Source of the DNA: an uncultured Mycoplasmatota bacterium
Lineage (GTDB): Bacteria > Bacillota_I > Bacilli_A > RF39 > UBA660
Length of the DNA: 64,000 nucleotides
Reading direction: 5' to 3'
Assembly: GCA_900545005.1 (NCBI GenBank)
Contig: UQXO01000002.1
Span: forward strand, 1,901-65,900
Below, one piece after another: positions 62,066 to 64,000 of the stretch. The stretch's first letter is position 1, and each line of letters starts with the position of its first letter. Position numbers and translations under genes: made by a program. The notes beneath the pieces are model-generated. The model was not told where the DNA came from, did no database searches, and was given only the letters and a program-made list of their open reading frames with translations.

Positions 62066-64000
62066 CTACTTATTTAATATAGCATCTACAGGTTGCATAT
62101 CATTTATCTTATTTGAACATATGATGCTAATAACACTCGATAAGACTACACTTAGTAGCAGTGTTGCCAAAGGTGCTAGGAAGTTTATTTCAATTCCGCC
62201 TACATATAAGATGTCTTCAAAGATTAGTTTATTAGCTAGATTACAAGTTATAGTCCATAGAGGAATAGCTATTAGAAAAGATACTCCAGCTATAATTAAA
62301 GACTCATAAGTAAATATCTTATAGATGTCTTTATTCTTTGCCCCTAAACTCTTTAAAATGCCAATATTTTTCTTAGCATAACTAATAGTAACACTAATAA
62401 AATTAAAGATTAAAAGACTAGCAAATAAAACAAAGACTAAGGCAATAATTACTAAATAAGTATGTAAATGTTCATAAAACATTATAACCGTACTAATAGC
62501 AGTCCCTAAATCACTAGCAAGACCATAAGAAATTCCTGTATCTTTAAGATTAGAAACATAACTATACTTAGTTAAAATATTCTTTAACTCTTCTTTGGAC
62601 TCATAATTCATATAGACTTTTTCAATAATCTTTTTATTATGATCATAATCTTGATACATACTTTTACTTACATAGGTATTATCATCAAAAGAGATACCTA
62701 CAATTTTCATATTCTGATAGTTATCTAATCTTTTATGAGCAGAAACACTATTATAAGTTCTAATAAATAAATCATCTTTATACTCTAAGAATTTACTCTT
62801 TACAAAGTTAAATACGGCTTCTTTATAAGAAAGAGTGCTATTATTTTTTTGATATTCATTAAATTCTTTAGTCATATTTCCTTTTACATAACTATTAAAA
62901 TTTAAGAAGTCACTGGCTCCTATTATAATCTCATTAGAAGCAAGTTCTTTAGTCGTTAAGTTAAAATCAAGATCATAATATTCTTCATTATTATAATAAG
63001 TAATACGTTCATTATATACAGGACTGCCAATAGTCATAGCATCTTTTCTATCTCTTAACATAAAAATAATTTTTGGGAGTAATTCATCTTCGGTATAATT
63101 TAATTCTTTATTATCAAGAAAACCTTTCACATAGATATTACTATCTTCTGTAAAAGCATTAAAATAAGTATCTAAATACTTAGTAACCTTCTTTCCTTGG
63201 CGATATTCTGTAAACTTATCATCGCTATTAAATTCATTAATACCAACTATAGTAACAGGATATTCTCCTAGATTAATATTAAGTCCTAGAATATCTTGAA
63301 AGTTTTCTGGTTTAATAAGCTTGTTATCGGTATTATAAATTCCTTGGTTAAGAATAGTATAAGCAATATTCTTATCTATTACAATCTCATTATCAGTTAA
63401 AGGAAGGTGTCCTATCAAAAGATTTAATAACTTATCATCTTTCATCTCTACTATCGAATAAGCTTCTTTTTCTGGAACTTCCACTTCACTGGGTTTTTGG
63501 GCTCCTAAAGATACAGAAAGCTCATAAATCTTATAGGCTGGATTACCTAATTTAAGATTTTCATCGTTATCTTCATAATATAAGGGTTCACAATCCAAGA
63601 AAGTTCCATAATCCAGCTTACAATAAGACCTTTCTAAGGCCACTTTCGTCACATTCTCATTCGTTAATTTTTCCAAAGAAAAAGCATATTTATTAAAGAA
63701 AACAAAAGTAAACATAAGACAAACACACACTAAAGAAAAAGCTGTCAATATCGTCGTCAACACAAATTTCAACGGTTTCATCTTAATATTATGAAGAGTA
63801 AATTTTAAGGCATACTTACTCTTAAAATCCGCACTACGTAAATTAATATCTTTGGTATCATTCTTTAACATAACGATTGTATCATTAATGACTTTCCCAT
63901 CTTGCATGGTAATAAGACCACTACCAAACTCACTAGCTAAAGCCTTATCATGGGTAACAACAATCACACATTTCTTGGTACTAATAGCTTTTAAAAGTAG
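62066..64000 (-). CDS. MacB-type fused ABC ATPase / FtsX-family permease (5' end outside the window)
   Basis: The frame is open to base 64000 (LLLKAISTKKCVIVVTHDKALA = end of the ABC ATPase domain). Then a TM helix, a large extracytoplasmic domain, and an FtsX-like C-terminus (LKSLGAKNKDIYKIFTYESLIIAG). Confidence 0.8.
   Translation of the reverse strand, partial: LLLKAISTKKCVIVVTHDKALASEFGSGLITMQDGKVINDTIVMLKNDTKDINLRSADFKSKYALKFTLHNIKMKPLKFVLTTILTAFSLVCVCLMFTFVFFNKYAFSLEKLTNENVTKVALERSYCKLDYGTFLDCEPLYYEDNDENLKLGNPAYKIYELSVSLGAQKPSEVEVPEKEAYSIVEMKDDKLLNLLIGHLPLTDNEIVIDKNIAYTILNQGIYNTDNKLIKPENFQDILGLNINLGEYPVTIVGINEFNSDDKFTEYRQGKKVTKYLDTYFNAFTEDSNIYVKGFLDNKELNYTEDELLPKIIFMLRDRKDAMTIGSPVYNERITYYNNEEYYDLDFNLTTKELASNEIIIGASDFLNFNSYVKGNMTKEFNEYQKNNSTLSYKEAVFNFVKSKFLEYKDDLFIRTYNSVSAHKRLDNYQNMKIVGISFDDNTYVSKSMYQDYDHNKKIIEKVYMNYESKEELKNILTKYSYVSNLKDTGISYGLASDLGTAISTVIMFYEHLHTYLVIIALVFVLFASLLIFNFISVTISYAKKNIGILKSLGAKNKDIYKIFTYESLIIAGVSFLIAIPLWTITCNLANKLIFEDILYVGGIEINFLAPLATLLLSVVLSSVISIICSNKINDMQPVDAILNK

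Noticed and set aside
1-64000. Alternative genetic code (UGA=Trp, Mollicutes-type), given the very low GC
   Set aside because: Trp is encoded by TGG in conserved motifs (for example GWWAANG in the sugar transferase). ORFs of 1,535 and 2,055 codons are uninterrupted under the standard code, and the genes I checked end in TAA or TAG with no sign of in-frame TGA read-through being needed.

Overview
This is a very AT-rich window (roughly 25-30% GC by eye, not computed) from a low-GC Bacillota/Erysipelotrichia- or Mollicutes-like genome. It uses the standard code: TGG encodes Trp and the 1,535- and 2,055-codon ORFs are uninterrupted. Almost all genes lie on the minus strand. Core genes I recognise are pcrA, ruvA, ruvB, rpsD, gmk, ftsK, prsA, recX, an M16 peptidase pair, an HD dGTPase-like gene, a small alarmone synthetase, a MarR-ABC-ABC efflux operon, and tRNA-Arg(ACG) and tRNA-Pro(UGG). 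Three regions stand out.

(1) Bases 1-11.6 kb look like an accessory or defence-type island. It holds an OLD-like ATPase/Toprim nuclease abutting a DnaQ-like exonuclease. It also holds a three-gene cassette (unknown 275-aa protein, ClpB-D2-like AAA+ ATPase, 2-TM coiled-coil protein) bracketed by an 18-bp direct repeat. The third module is an AAA/DUF4143 ATPase, REC protein and Cys-rich cytoplasmic histidine kinase, preceded by phased direct repeats.

(2) Bases 20.4-33.6 kb form a nine-gene Tad/CpaF-type operon (CpaF-like ATPase, TadB/TadC-like proteins, two CpaB-like paralogs) built around a 2,055-aa Cys-rich secreted giant. I can find no pilin or prepilin peptidase in it. This is my best candidate for an undescribed system.

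(3) Several smaller oddities: a DinJ/RelB-like antitoxin domain fused to a (Cys-Asp)n tail, an orphan BcnI/MvaI-like endonuclease, and a 1,535-aa modular protein followed by a ProA-like protein lacking the catalytic-Cys segment.

I saw no CRISPR array, rRNA, integrase or transposase. All family calls come from motif recognition in the translations; no database search was possible.
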